Shown: positions 8,444-18,913, counted from the stretch's first letter. The stretch: 64,000 nt of DNA from a bacterium (GCA_965213625.1 CBDBZU010000004.1:2336001-2400000), one strand, 5' to 3'. A program made the numbers and translations. Notes: generated by a model not told the origin, from the sequence alone.

Positions 8444-9586
8444 ATGCAGGACGATGTTTATTTGAACGACGAGCAGACGATGGTGCGGCAGATGACGCGC
8501 GATTTCTGCGAGCGCGAGATCGCCCCCCGGGCGTCGGAGATAGACGAGGGCCGCTTCCCGGCGGAGGTCGTGAAGAGCATGGGCGAACTCGGGCTGATGG
8601 GCCTTACGGTGCCGGATTCCTACGGCGGAGGGGGGGCGGACCCCGTCTCGATGGCGCTGGCGACCGAAGAAGTCGCCGCCGCGTGTCCTTCGACGAGCGC
8701 CATTTTCGCCGCGCACAACTCCCTGGTCTGTGAACCTGTCTACCGCTTCGGCAGCAAGGGACAGAAGGAAAAGTATTTACACGGCCTGGCGAGCGGCGCG
8801 AGCATCGGCGCATTCGCCCTGACGGAGCCGGGCGCGGGTTCGGACGCCGCCTCGCTCACCACCAGCGCGGTGCGCGAGGGAAATGCCTACCGCATCAACG
8901 GCGTGAAGCGCTTCATCACCAGCGGCAAGCAGTCGGGCCTGTGCCTTCTCTTCGCCGTGACCGATCGCGCTATGCGCCACAAGGGGCTGAGCGCCTTCCT
9001 GGTGCCGACGGATGCCGAGGGCTTTGAGGTCGTGCGCAGCGAAGACAAGATGGGGATGCACGGCTGCTCGATATCGGAGCTTCGCTTCGACGCCGTGGAA
9101 CTGCCCGAAGAGAACCGCATGGGGGAGGAGGGGCAGGGCTTCGAGCTTGCGATGCGCATCCTGGATTCGGGGCGCATTATCGTCGCGGCCCAGGGCCTGG
9201 GCTTCGCGCGGGCGTGTCTCGACGCCTCGGTGGCCTATGCGCGCGAGCGCGAGACGTTCGGCGTGCCGATAAAGGATCACCAGCCCGTTGCGTGGAAGCT
9301 CGCCGACATGGCCACCCGCGTCCACGGCGCTCGGCTGCTCACCCTGAAGGCCGCGCGGCTCAAGGCGGCGGGTGAGCCCTATTCGTCCGTGGCCGCCATC
9401 GCCAAGGTATTCGCAACCGACGCCGCCCAGCGGAATGCCGAAGAGGGCGTTCAACTCCACGGGGGGAACGGCTACATGCGCGAGTATCCCGTGGAGCGCT
9501 TCTACCGGGCGTCCAAGGTGACGCAAATTTACGAGGGGACGAACGAGATACTCCGCCAGGTCATCGCCAAGCACCTGCTCAACTGA
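8444..9586 (+). CDS. Acyl-CoA dehydrogenase
   Basis: FALTEPGAGSD, NGVKRFITSG, QLHGGNGY, QIYEGTNEI. Confidence 0.95.
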   Translation: MQDDVYLNDEQTMVRQMTRDFCEREIAPRASEIDEGRFPAEVVKSMGELGLMGLTVPDSYGGGGADPVSMALATEEVAAACPSTSAIFAAHNSLVCEPVYRFGSKGQKEKYLHGLASGASIGAFALTEPGAGSDAASLTTSAVREGNAYRINGVKRFITSGKQSGLCLLFAVTDRAMRHKGLSAFLVPTDAEGFEVVRSEDKMGMHGCSISELRFDAVELPEENRMGEEGQGFELAMRILDSGRIIVAAQGLGFARACLDASVAYARERETFGVPIKDHQPVAWKLADMATRVHGARLLTLKAARLKAAGEPYSSVAAIAKVFATDAAQRNAEEGVQLHGGNGYMREYPVERFYRASKVTQIYEGTNEILRQVIAKHLLN

Positions 9587-9638
9587 AAAGAAAGCCGCCC
9601 ACCGCCCATAATCGAGTAACATTGAAGAAAGAAACTGT

Positions 9639-9680
9639 TTTGTCGCTCACGTATTTACCACAAAGCCGTTTGTCGCTCAC
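9639..9680 (+). repeat. 12-bp direct repeat, possible regulator site
   Basis: TTTGTCGCTCAC at 9639-9650 and 9669-9680, upstream of TTGACA at 9697. Confidence 0.5.
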
Positions 9681-9768
9681 TTTTGGGCGAAAATGATTGA
9701 CAAAACCATTAGCTGAGCATTTATTAACTGCAAACGCGCCCCCGCCCGTAAATGGAGATGATGAGCCG

Positions 9769-10446
9769 ATGTCGGTCCCAGGGGTTCGCTCACGCTATCT
9801 ATTCTGGAAACGGGCGTCTCGCGCGCGCCGGCGACGCCATTTTTTGCTCGCTTTCGCCCTCGTATTTCTCGTGAGCGGCTGCGTCACGCCCACGCCGAGG
9901 CGGCAGGGGAATATCTGTTCGGTTTTCGATCAGAAGCCCGACTGGTACGACTACGCCCGCGCGTCCGAGAAGAGTTGGGGCACGCCGGTGCACGTGCTCA
10001 TGGCGTTCGTGTGGAAGGAGTCGAGCTTCCGGAGCCACGCGAGGCCGCCCATGCGGTGGTTCCTGTTCATCCCGCTCGGCCGCCCCTCCACGGCGCTGGG
10101 CTATGCGCAGCCACTGAACCAGACCTGGCGGGACTACAAGAAGGAGCGCGGCCACATATTGAGCAGCCGCACGCGCATGAAGGACGCGCTCGATTTCATC
10201 GGCTGGTACAACGCCAAGTCACGTCGCGAACTGGGCATTTCCCTGAACGACGCCCACAGGCTCTACCTCGCTTATCACGAGGGAAGGGGTGGCTACCGGC
10301 GCGGCACCTGGAAGAAAAAACCGAAATTGCGTCGCGCGGCGCAGCGGGTGGCCGAGACCGCCCGTCGCTACAAGGCGCAGCTTGCGCGTTGCGAGTCGAA
10401 GTACCGCTGTGATTCCTGGTATCAAATCTGGCCATTTTGCCGCTGA
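9769..10446 (+). CDS. Lytic transglycosylase SLT-like lipoprotein (start uncertain)
   Basis: Lipobox LVSGC; ESSF...ARPP, ALGYAQ, DALDFIGWY, YLAYHEG.GGY. Confidence 0.82.
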   Translation: MSVPGVRSRYLFWKRASRARRRRHFLLAFALVFLVSGCVTPTPRRQGNICSVFDQKPDWYDYARASEKSWGTPVHVLMAFVWKESSFRSHARPPMRWFLFIPLGRPSTALGYAQPLNQTWRDYKKERGHILSSRTRMKDALDFIGWYNAKSRRELGISLNDAHRLYLAYHEGRGGYRRGTWKKKPKLRRAAQRVAETARRYKAQLARCESKYRCDSWYQIWPFCR

Positions 10447-10456
10447 GGGTTTCAGA

Positions 10457-11137
10457 ATGTTTCCGTACCGTTTTATTAAATGTCCTGCGATTGTCATCTG
10501 CGTTCTGACCGCTCTTCTCGCCCTCGCTCCCGGCGCTCTCCAGGCGGAGGAGGTCGTGCTCGGCCGCTTCTCGGCGGGCGATCTCACGGGCTGGGAGCCC
10601 AAGAGCTTCGAGGGAGAAACCAGGTACCGCCTGATCAAGGAGAAGGGCGGCGAAACCGTGCTCGAAGCGGTGAGCAAGGCGACTGCGTCCGGCCTCGTGC
10701 TCAAGCGCAAGATCGACGTCACCAAAACGCCTGTCCTCATCTGGCGCTGGCGGATAGAACACCCCGTCAACCCACCGGATGAACTGTCGAAAGAGGGAGA
10801 CGACTTCGCCGTCCGTGTCTATTTCCTGGCGCCCGGCGCCGGCTGGCTCTCTTTTCCGGATTCGGTCGTTTACGTCTGGGCCAGCAGCCAGCCCGCAGGC
10901 TCCGCCTGGCCGAACCCCTATACGAAAAAGGCCCACATGGTCGCCGTCGATTCCGGCATGAAGCACGCCGGGCAGTGGCGCACCCATCGCCGGAACATGC
11001 GCGAAGATTTCAAGCGCTACTTCGGCCGCGACATCACCGAGATCACCCACATCGCCATCATGACCGACACCGACAACAGCAAGCTCTCGGCCCGGGGCTG
11101 GTACGGCGACATCCGCGTCGCCCCCGCCGGGCCATAG
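10457..11137 (+). CDS. DUF3047 family secreted protein
   Basis: Signal peptide; ASGL...P.L.WRW, K.GDDF..RVY, YVWAS, AIMTDTDNS. Confidence 0.85.
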   Translation: MFPYRFIKCPAIVICVLTALLALAPGALQAEEVVLGRFSAGDLTGWEPKSFEGETRYRLIKEKGGETVLEAVSKATASGLVLKRKIDVTKTPVLIWRWRIEHPVNPPDELSKEGDDFAVRVYFLAPGAGWLSFPDSVVYVWASSQPAGSAWPNPYTKKAHMVAVDSGMKHAGQWRTHRRNMREDFKRYFGRDITEITHIAIMTDTDNSKLSARGWYGDIRVAPAGP

Positions 11138-11168
11138 AACGCGACCCGCTGACGGGTGGCTTCACGCC

Positions 11169-12008
11169 CTAGGAGCTCTTTTCCGATTTGTACTTTTCGA
11201 TGGCGGCCAGCGCCTGGCTGTGATCCTCGGGGTCTTCCACGCGGCGCACGGTATCCATCGCGTCGTCGATTTGCCCCGCCACTGCCTGCGCAACGGCGAT
11301 ATCCCTGTAGGCCCAGGAGCGGTACAGCGCCTTGCTGATGCCGCTTGCGGAGTTGAGTGCGGCGGGAAAATCTCCCGCTTGCGCCTGAGCCGTGGCGATT
11401 TCCTGCAGGGCCCAGGAGCGCCAGGAAGAGTCGCCGATTTCGCGGGCGCTTTGAACGGCGGCGGTGAAATCTCCCGCCTCGGCCAGGTCCATGACGCTTC
11501 GCCACGCTTCTTTGGAAAGGTTTTTTTCGTCGCGGATCTCCTCGATCGCTTCGAGAGCGGCGTTCAACGTATGGGAGGCGATTGTAGCGGCGGGACCACT
11601 CTGAATGGCGGAGAAGTGCTTGAGCGCCTCCATTTGATCATCGGGGTCGTCGATGCGGCGTATCGTCTCAATGGCTTCACTGATATGTCCCGCCCTTGCC
11701 TGTGCGATGGCGATTTCCCTTAAGGCGGAGGCGTAAAAAAGAGCGCTTCCGATGCCCCGCGCGGTCTCGATGGCGCCTTCGATATTCCCTGCCTTTGCCT
11801 GTGAGTTGGCGAGCTGACTCAGATGAATGGAACGGTTCACGATTTCGCTGAGGTATCGGGCGCTTTCGGTCTCGGGGGTGAGCTTTCGCCCGTCAAGCGC
11901 GTCATCCCGGATTTCCTCGCTTTCCGGCAAGAAAGATGGCGGAGCCGGCTTCTCGACTTCGCGCGAATCCCCCAGAAATCGCATGAAACTCCGGATTATT
12001 CTTTTCAT
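11169..12008 (-). CDS. TPR-like helical repeat protein (start uncertain)
   Basis: About five 33-aa repeats of the type AL..IA.AQA.AG....A...A..I. Confidence 0.7.
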   Translation of the reverse strand: MKRIIRSFMRFLGDSREVEKPAPPSFLPESEEIRDDALDGRKLTPETESARYLSEIVNRSIHLSQLANSQAKAGNIEGAIETARGIGSALFYASALREIAIAQARAGHISEAIETIRRIDDPDDQMEALKHFSAIQSGPAATIASHTLNAALEAIEEIRDEKNLSKEAWRSVMDLAEAGDFTAAVQSAREIGDSSWRSWALQEIATAQAQAGDFPAALNSASGISKALYRSWAYRDIAVAQAVAGQIDDAMDTVRRVEDPEDHSQALAAIEKYKSEKSS

Positions 12009-12258
12009 TCGGCTCCTCCCATATCCTGCACGGGAGCATTGGTCTTTCTCAGGTTTATCCCTATTAGATTGATAGTATTTGTGTTGTTTTACCTGGTTCA
12101 TTCTCTTCAAATTCGTTTTGTCATGCAATAAAAAAAAGAGCCGAAAGTCCTGATTCGCAGATTCTCGCAATGTATACGATATAAATACATGCGATGAACC
12201 AATAAAATACAAAATTTACTGGCGCTACGTTGGGTAGGATGGGGCAAGTTCTGCGGTT

Positions 12259-14295
12259 TTACTCCTCGATCGCCTCGGCGACGAGTTCGGCGATGTCGGC
12301 GGCGCGGATGTTCTTATCGGGGTCGAGCGCCTTAAGAGCGTCATCGAACATCTGCATGCAGAAGGGACACGACACGGCGGCGGTTTCGGCCCCGCAGGCC
12401 TTCACATCCGCGAGCCGCTCGTGGTTGATGCGCTTTTGCGGGTCATCGTCCATCCAGGCGTAGCCGCCTCCCGCGCCGCAACACAGCGAACGCGAACGGT
12501 TGCGTTCCAGTTCCGTAAAGCCGCCGTCAGAAATCTGGTGCAGCACCTCGCGCGGGGCGTCGTATACGCCGTTGTGGCGGCCCAGGTAGCAGGGGTCGTG
12601 GTAAGTGAGGGAGCCGAGCGATTTCTTGAGTTTGAGCTTTCCAGATTTTATCAGTTCCGCGATGAGCTGCGTGTGGTGTACCACCTCGTAGTTCCCCCCG
12701 AAGTCGGGGTATTCGTTCTTGTACGTGTTGAAGCAATGCGGGCAGGTGGTGATGATTTTCTTCACCTCGTAGCCGTTCAGCGTCTCGATGTTCTGCTTCG
12801 CGCACATCTGGAAGGTGAATTCACCCCCGACCCGTCGGGCCGGGTCGCCCGTGCAGACCTCCTCCGCACCCAGGATGGCGAAGTCCACGCCCGCCGCGTC
12901 CAGAATTTTCACCATCGCCCGCGACACCTCGATGTTGCGGTCGATCATCGAACCCGTACAGCCCACCCAGTAGAGGTATTCCGCCTTCCCGCCGCTTGCG
13001 AGGACTTTTACGTCGAGCCCCTCGTACCATTCCTCGCGGTTGTGCTGCGCGCCCACCCAGGGGTGGAGCCGCTCGTCCATCGACTTCAGGAACTGGCGCG
13101 CGTCCTCGCTCGTTTTCGATTCCATCATCACCAGGTAGCGGCGCATGTCCACCATTTTTGGAATATGCTCGATAAATACGGGGCACTCCTGCTGGCAGGC
13201 CCCGCAGGTGCGGCAGCCCCAGAGTTCTTCCTCGAGTACGGCGGGTTCATCCCCGGGCTCGCCGAACAGGGGCGCTCTCTCGCCCGCTTCTCCGTTTTCC
13301 GCAAGCGCCGCCGGGCCCGCCTCGCTCAAGTGCGCCTTCATGTCCTGGATCAGCTTTTTGGGGCTGAGCGGCACGCCGCTCATGTAGGCGGGGCAGACGT
13401 CCTGGCAGCGGCCGCAGTTGGTGCACGCGTCCAGGTCCAGCAGGTTTTTCCAGGTGTACCCTTCGATTTTCTCGACGCCCAGGGTTTCGATGGCCTCGGG
13501 GTCCGCTTCCATCGTCGCCTCGATGTCGATGAAGGTCAGCTTGCCGCTCGATTCCAGATTTCTGCAGAACATGTTCAACAGGCCGTACCAGATGTGGTTG
13601 AATTTCCCGAAACCCATGTAGCCGAGCAGCACGAATGCGGTGACCGCGTGGAACCACCAGTTGATGCGGTGGAGGAACCGGAGCGTCTCGATGCTCAGAC
13701 CCTGGAGGGTGAGGGCGACCGCGTAGCCGCCCGGCGACCACGGCGCCAGGGCCGGGTTGTGTATAAGTTCGGTCGCCGCGATGCGAAGCCCCTCCACGAC
13801 GAAGCCCTGGACGAATACGAGCAGCAGCAGCCAGAGCGCGAGGTAGTCGTCCAGCACGGAGTTCATGCGCTCGGGCTTCATCACCAGGCGCCGCCAAAGC
13901 GCCATCAATATGCCGACGATACCCAACAGTCCGAAGCCGTCGCTGAGCAGCGAGTAGCCCAGGTAGAGGTTTCCCTTCAGGTAGTGGATTCCCGTCCATT
14001 CCTGAACGGCAATCATCGAGGTAGCGATGAGTTCGGCGAAAAAGCCGTAAAAGATGAACAGGTGCATGAGGCCGGGGTAGGGGTCCCGCAGCATACGGCG
14101 GTGGACCACCAGTTCATCCACCACGCCCCAGAGGCGTTTCACCGGATTGTCGGTTCTCAGTTCCCCGCCGCCCAGGCGCCACAGGCGCACGCGCTGGTAG
14201 ATACCGTATGACATCACGCCGATAGCCGCCGCGGCGAAGAGGTAGACCAAGGGGCCGAAAACGATGTTCCAGTAAATTTCCCGCGTGGGTGTCAT
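12259..14295 (-). CDS. Membrane-bound Fe-S oxidoreductase (FadF / HdrD-like)
   Basis: N-terminal TM helices; CTNCGRCQDVCP and CRTCGACQQECP; CCG domains (CTGD, YHDPCYLGRHN, CCGAGGG, CPFC). Confidence 0.9.
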   Translation of the reverse strand: MTPTREIYWNIVFGPLVYLFAAAAIGVMSYGIYQRVRLWRLGGGELRTDNPVKRLWGVVDELVVHRRMLRDPYPGLMHLFIFYGFFAELIATSMIAVQEWTGIHYLKGNLYLGYSLLSDGFGLLGIVGILMALWRRLVMKPERMNSVLDDYLALWLLLLVFVQGFVVEGLRIAATELIHNPALAPWSPGGYAVALTLQGLSIETLRFLHRINWWFHAVTAFVLLGYMGFGKFNHIWYGLLNMFCRNLESSGKLTFIDIEATMEADPEAIETLGVEKIEGYTWKNLLDLDACTNCGRCQDVCPAYMSGVPLSPKKLIQDMKAHLSEAGPAALAENGEAGERAPLFGEPGDEPAVLEEELWGCRTCGACQQECPVFIEHIPKMVDMRRYLVMMESKTSEDARQFLKSMDERLHPWVGAQHNREEWYEGLDVKVLASGGKAEYLYWVGCTGSMIDRNIEVSRAMVKILDAAGVDFAILGAEEVCTGDPARRVGGEFTFQMCAKQNIETLNGYEVKKIITTCPHCFNTYKNEYPDFGGNYEVVHHTQLIAELIKSGKLKLKKSLGSLTYHDPCYLGRHNGVYDAPREVLHQISDGGFTELERNRSRSLCCGAGGGYAWMDDDPQKRINHERLADVKACGAETAAVSCPFCMQMFDDALKALDPDKNIRAADIAELVAEAIEE

Positions 14296-14467
14296 GTGAA
14301 ATTCCTGTGGGGCGATTCATTGCGTTGTCGTTTATTTCTGATTCACCGAGGTTACGAAAACTGGGGGCAAAAGTCGACACGTCTTTTCGTTCATTTGAAA
14401 CACGGCTTTCTTTACAGGATAATCGGGCTGGAACCTTCCATAGTATTTCGAAACGCGGAGATGGCCG

Positions 14468-14881
14468 ATGAACGAGAGAAAAATACGCGTACTGGTGGGA
14501 AAGCCCGGCCTCGACGGCCACGACAGGGGGGCGAAGGTGGTCGCGCGCGCGCTCCGGGACGCCGGTATGGAGGTAATTTACACCGGCATCCGCCAGACGC
14601 CCGAGCAAATCGCCTCGACAGCCATGCAGGAAGACGTCGACTGCGTGGGCCTCTCGATACTATCGGGCGCACACAACCACCTGTTCCCCAGAATCCGTGA
14701 ATTGCTCGATGGGCACGGCATGGAGGACGTTTTGCTCTTCGGGGGCGGCATTGTGCCGGATGAGGATATTCCCTCACTCAAGGAAAAGGGGGTGGACGAG
14801 ATTTTCACCCCGGGCGCGACGATGGAGGACATCGTCGCCTATGTGCGCGAAACGGTGGCCCGGCGCAGGGAAAACGCCTGA
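14468..14881 (+). CDS. Cobalamin-binding subunit of acyl-CoA (methylmalonyl-CoA-type) mutase
   Basis: [27 protein letters not shown]. Confidence 0.92.
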   Translation: MNERKIRVLVGKPGLDGHDRGAKVVARALRDAGMEVIYTGIRQTPEQIASTAMQEDVDCVGLSILSGAHNHLFPRIRELLDGHGMEDVLLFGGGIVPDEDIPSLKEKGVDEIFTPGATMEDIVAYVRETVARRRENA

Positions 14882-14983
14882 GGGCGTGGCTTCGTTGCGG
14901 TGCGAAGGCGCAGTTCGTATACTGCGCGCTCATGAGCAGGACGGGGCGCAAGATTCGGGATGAAAATTTCTTGGAGCGGCAAG

Positions 14984-15460
14984 ATGAAGAATTCATGGAT
15001 CATGATATTGGCGGTCTGCTTGCTGCTCGTTTCCGCCTGTCAGCGCAAGCCCATCGAAAGGGCCGTACGCGGTTCTCTTCCCAAGGTGGAGGAGAATGTG
15101 GTCGTAACGTCCTACTGCCAAAGCTGTCATCTTCATGCAAGTTTTCAGGCAGCCCCGCACGTCGAGAAGCAACAGCTTCGCTATGAAGAGAAAAGCCCGC
15201 TGCGCACGGCCACACAATGCCTCGCATGCCACCTGGTCCGCCCCGAGTCGTTTTTCAAAGTAGAGCAGCGCAGCACCAAGTTCCCGCACGGCGCATTGGT
15301 TGAGATGGCCAATATACCCAAGCCTAAACCGCCCAAGGCCGCCCCTCGTCTGAAAAGAGAGAAAGGGCCGGGGCCTGCGCCCGAACAGGAAACTCCTGTT
15401 CCCGCCGTCAAAGAACAAAAGAAGAAAAAACGGCGCTGGTATTTCCTCTATCTCTTCTGA
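14984..15460 (+). CDS. Dihaem c-type cytochrome lipoprotein, hypothetical
   Basis: Lipobox LVSAC; CQSCH and CLACH; Pro/Lys-rich tail. Confidence 0.7.
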   Translation: MKNSWIMILAVCLLLVSACQRKPIERAVRGSLPKVEENVVVTSYCQSCHLHASFQAAPHVEKQQLRYEEKSPLRTATQCLACHLVRPESFFKVEQRSTKFPHGALVEMANIPKPKPPKAAPRLKREKGPGPAPEQETPVPAVKEQKKKKRRWYFLYLF

Positions 15461-16257
15461 GTCGGGTCGAGCAGGTCTCTCAGCCCGTCGCCCAGGATGT
15501 TCAGGCCCATAACGGTGAGGGCGATGGCGATTCCCGGATAAATCGTCAGGTGCGGGGCGACGAGCAGGAAATCGCGCCCCTCGGCCAGCATCGCTCCCCA
15601 GCTCGGCTCGGGCGGCTGGATCCCCAGTCCCAGGAACGATAGTCCCGATTCGGCAAGAATCGCTCCCGCCATGCCGATGCTTGCCTCCACGATGACCGGC
15701 GAAATGACGTTCGTGAATAGATGGAAAGTGAGGATCCGCGCGGGTTTGGCGCCTGCGGCGTGGGCGGCGATAACGAATTCGCGCTCGCGCAATGCCAGCA
15801 CCTGCGCGCGGACGAGGCGCGCGTAGCCCACCCATCCGAACACCGAAAGCGATATGACGATGTTCCACAGACTCGGCGCGAGCACCGACATGAGCGCGAT
15901 GGCGAGCAGAATGCCGGGAAAGGCCAGGAACACGTCGGTGACGCGCATGATCGTCTCATCCCAAACGCCGCCGAGATAGCCCGCGATTCCCCCGATGATG
16001 ACGCCCAGAAGTACGGATACCGACACGGCGGCGAAGCCCACGGTGAGCGAGATTCTCCCGCCGTGCAAGACGCGGCTCAGGATGTCGCGGCCGAGTTTGT
16101 CCCGCCCGAAGGGGTGCGCCGTCTCGGGCGCCGCAAGTCCCTGGGCCAACTCCATCTCATAGGGGTTTTGGGGCGCGAGGAGCGGAGCGGCCAAGGTGGC
16201 GATGAGTAAAAGGGCGATGATGCCCCCGCCCAGGTATATGGAAAGCCTGCGCTTCAT
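15448..16257 (-). CDS. Peptide/nickel ABC permease (DppC-like)
   Basis: HPFGRDKLGRDILSR, EREFV.AA.A.GA, ESGLSFLGLG; ATG 16257 overlaps the DppB-like stop. Confidence 0.92.
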   Translation of the reverse strand: MKRRLSIYLGGGIIALLLIATLAAPLLAPQNPYEMELAQGLAAPETAHPFGRDKLGRDILSRVLHGGRISLTVGFAAVSVSVLLGVIIGGIAGYLGGVWDETIMRVTDVFLAFPGILLAIALMSVLAPSLWNIVISLSVFGWVGYARLVRAQVLALREREFVIAAHAAGAKPARILTFHLFTNVISPVIVEASIGMAGAILAESGLSFLGLGIQPPEPSWGAMLAEGRDFLLVAPHLTIYPGIAIALTVMGLNILGDGLRDLLDPTQKR

Positions 16258-17174
16258 GTGAGCCTCACGCGCGGGTCGAGCCAGGCGTACGCGATGTCGG
16301 CCAGAAAGTTCGCGCTCACGTAGACGGCGGCGATGAACAGCACACAGCCCTGCACGAGGGGGTAGTCGCGTGAGGCGATGGCCTGAATCACCAGGCGGCC
16401 CACGCCGGGCCAGGCGAAGACGGTCTCGGTGATGATGGCGCCCGAGAGCAGGGCGCCGAGCTGGAGGCTCAGTATCGTGATGAGCGGCAGGCACGCGTTC
16501 TTGAGCGCATGGAGCCAGAGCACCTTTTTCTCCGAAATGCCCTTCGCGCGCGCCGTGCTTATGTAGTCTTGCGGCAGCACTTCCAGCAGGCTCGATCGCG
16601 TCATTCGCATTATTATCGGAGAGAGTGCGGTGCCGAGCGACACGGCGGGGAGGATGAGGCTGAATGCGCCCTCCCGGCCCGAGACGGGGAGCCACCCCAG
16701 CCCGATGGAGAAGACGATGATAAGCAGCGGCCCGAGCCAGAAGACGGGCATGCTCGCGCCCGCCACGGCGAGAAAACCGGCCCCGACGTCGAGCAACGTG
16801 CCCTGTCTTCGAGCCGCCGCGATTCCCAGCGGAAGCGAGATGAGCAGGGCCACCGCCATCGAGGCGAGCGTGAGTTCCGCCGAAGCATAGGTGCGTTCGA
16901 AGATGATGGTCGAGACCGCTCTTTTCTGGTGGAGCGATGTGCCTAAATCTCCCCGCAGGAGACCTCCCATGTAATCGGCGTATTGAACGCCCAGGGGCCT
17001 GTCCAGCCCCAGCGTCTTGCGCAGTAGTTCGCGCTGGGCGGGCCGGGCGGTTTCGCCCAGCATCAGGTCTACCGGGTCGCCCGGCAGCACCTGTGTGACG
17101 ACGAAAACGAGCGTCGTCACCCCCCACAGGACGGGGATGAGGAGCAGAATGCGTCTTAAGAGAAATTTTCTCAT
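16254..17174 (-). CDS. Peptide/nickel ABC permease (DppB-like)
   Basis: LPGDP, LGLDRP...QY, DYISTARAKG, ETVFAWPGVGRL, RDYPLVQG. Confidence 0.93.
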   Translation of the reverse strand: MRKFLLRRILLLIPVLWGVTTLVFVVTQVLPGDPVDLMLGETARPAQRELLRKTLGLDRPLGVQYADYMGGLLRGDLGTSLHQKRAVSTIIFERTYASAELTLASMAVALLISLPLGIAAARRQGTLLDVGAGFLAVAGASMPVFWLGPLLIIVFSIGLGWLPVSGREGAFSLILPAVSLGTALSPIIMRMTRSSLLEVLPQDYISTARAKGISEKKVLWLHALKNACLPLITILSLQLGALLSGAIITETVFAWPGVGRLVIQAIASRDYPLVQGCVLFIAAVYVSANFLADIAYAWLDPRVRLT

Positions 17175-18725
17175 CTATCGCTCCGCCGCCGGGGAGAGGT
17201 TAGCCCTCGCCAGCGAGATGAAGTCCGCGTCCGGGAACACCCGGTATCCCGAAATGCGCCTGTCGAAGACGGCCACGTTCACGCTGTGCCACAGGTTGAT
17301 GTAGGGAAGCTCACGGCCCAGGATGCGCTGCACTTCGCCGTAGATGCGGGCGCGCGCCTTTGGCGCGATGGGTTGGCGAGCATCTTCCAGGAGCGTGTCC
17401 ACCCGTGCGTTCTTGTATAAGCCCCGGTTGAGACCGGCCGGCGGCATGAAGTGGCTGTGAAAGATGTAGCGGTAGATGTCGGGGTCCGATATGCCGACCC
17501 ACGTCAGGCTGTAGAGCTGGAAGTTCCCGTTTCTGATGTCGCCGAAAAACGTGCCCCACTCATAGGAGCGGATTTTCATCTTTATCCCCACCTGGGCGAG
17601 TTGATGACCGAACACGGTGGCGATTCGGCGGCCAAGCTCGTTTTGCGAGGTTTTGTAGACGAGTGTGAAGCGCGGCTCGGGCCCCGGCCCGTCGGGGTCG
17701 GGAAATCCAGCCTCGTCGAGTAGTTTTTTCGCCAACTCCGGGCGGTGCGCGTAGCTTGGAAGACCTTTTTGGTGCGCCCAGTGATCCGGCGGCAGCAGGC
17801 TGTCCGCCTCCTGGACGAGGCCCTTGTGGATGAAGCGCACGATGGGCCGCCTGTCGATGGCGTGGGCGATTGCGCGCCGCACCTCGAGTTTCGAGAGGAT
17901 CGGGTCGCTCAGGTTGAAGCCGATGTAGCTGAAGTTCGTACCCAGCCGCTTGCGTATCTTGAGCCGCTTATTCTTGATGAAGCGCGGCAGAATATCGGGC
18001 GAAAAGGCGTTCTGGAGAAAGTCGACCCCCCCGCTTTCGAGTTCCAGGACGCGGATGGTCTCCTCCGGCAGTATCCGGAAGATGAGGCGCTCATAAGCGG
18101 GCTTTCCCGCGAAATGTCCGGGAAACGCCTTAAGCGCGATCCGCTCGTCCGGCGTGAATTCCACGAACTCGAACGGGCCGGTACCGACGGGTTTTTGGGC
18201 GAATCGCTTTCCCGTTTCGCGCGCGCTTTTGGGGAGGATGCCGACCATGAGGGATTCCGCGAACGAGGCGGAGGGTTCAGAGAGGTGAAAGACGACACTG
18301 TGCGGGGTTGGCGTTTCGATGCGCTCGAGTTCCTTGAGTCCCGCCGCCTTGGGCGAGGCGAGGGAGGGGTCGCGAATGGAGTCGAAGGTGTACTTCACGT
18401 CGGATGAGGTGAGGGCTTCGCCGTTGTGGAACCGCACCCCGCGCCTGAGTAAGAAACGGTGGACGAGAGGCGTGGGCCGCTCCCATTTCTCGGCGAGCTC
18501 CAGGACAATTCGGCCCTCGTGGTCATGCGATATCAGACGGCTGAAGATGAAGCGCTGCACCTTGGAGGAGATAGCGTCTTGCGAAAGCCTCGGGTCGAGT
18601 TGTGTGGGGTTGGTGCCGATTCCGACGACGATGGCGTCGTTTTTTTGCGAACGCTCCTCCCCGCAGGCGGATAAAAACGCGCACGCGAGGATGAGGGCCA
18701 CAAGAGCGAGCGATTTGTTTCTCAC
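17175..18725 (-). CDS. Peptide ABC substrate-binding lipoprotein (family 5)
   Basis: Lipobox LSAC; LRRGVRFHNG..LTSSDVKYT, GTGPF, VRRAIAHAIDR. Confidence 0.92.
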   Translation of the reverse strand: MRNKSLALVALILACAFLSACGEERSQKNDAIVVGIGTNPTQLDPRLSQDAISSKVQRFIFSRLISHDHEGRIVLELAEKWERPTPLVHRFLLRRGVRFHNGEALTSSDVKYTFDSIRDPSLASPKAAGLKELERIETPTPHSVVFHLSEPSASFAESLMVGILPKSARETGKRFAQKPVGTGPFEFVEFTPDERIALKAFPGHFAGKPAYERLIFRILPEETIRVLELESGGVDFLQNAFSPDILPRFIKNKRLKIRKRLGTNFSYIGFNLSDPILSKLEVRRAIAHAIDRRPIVRFIHKGLVQEADSLLPPDHWAHQKGLPSYAHRPELAKKLLDEAGFPDPDGPGPEPRFTLVYKTSQNELGRRIATVFGHQLAQVGIKMKIRSYEWGTFFGDIRNGNFQLYSLTWVGISDPDIYRYIFHSHFMPPAGLNRGLYKNARVDTLLEDARQPIAPKARARIYGEVQRILGRELPYINLWHSVNVAVFDRRISGYRVFPDADFISLARANLSPAAER

Positions 18726-18913
18726 CAGAGCGTACCGGAGGGCGGGAGACGCTTGGAGATTCGCATACGCCGCGACTCATCGTCAATCCGGCTCGTCCAC
18801 AAGGTTTACAGCCCGTTCCGGGCGGATTAAGATTCGCCCCGGCAATTGTTTTTGACTCGATGACTTGGAGGCTTTCCCCGATGAGATGGTGCAAGTGTCA
18901 GTGTAAGGGAACT

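Noticed and set aside
16258-17127. Long N-terminal extension of the 559-aa ORF
   Set aside because: It overlaps the DppB-like gene in another frame; the real permease starts at ATG 16257
15448-18725. Dpp-type operon without ATPase genes as a novel transporter
   Set aside because: ATPases encoded elsewhere are common, and this cannot be judged from one window
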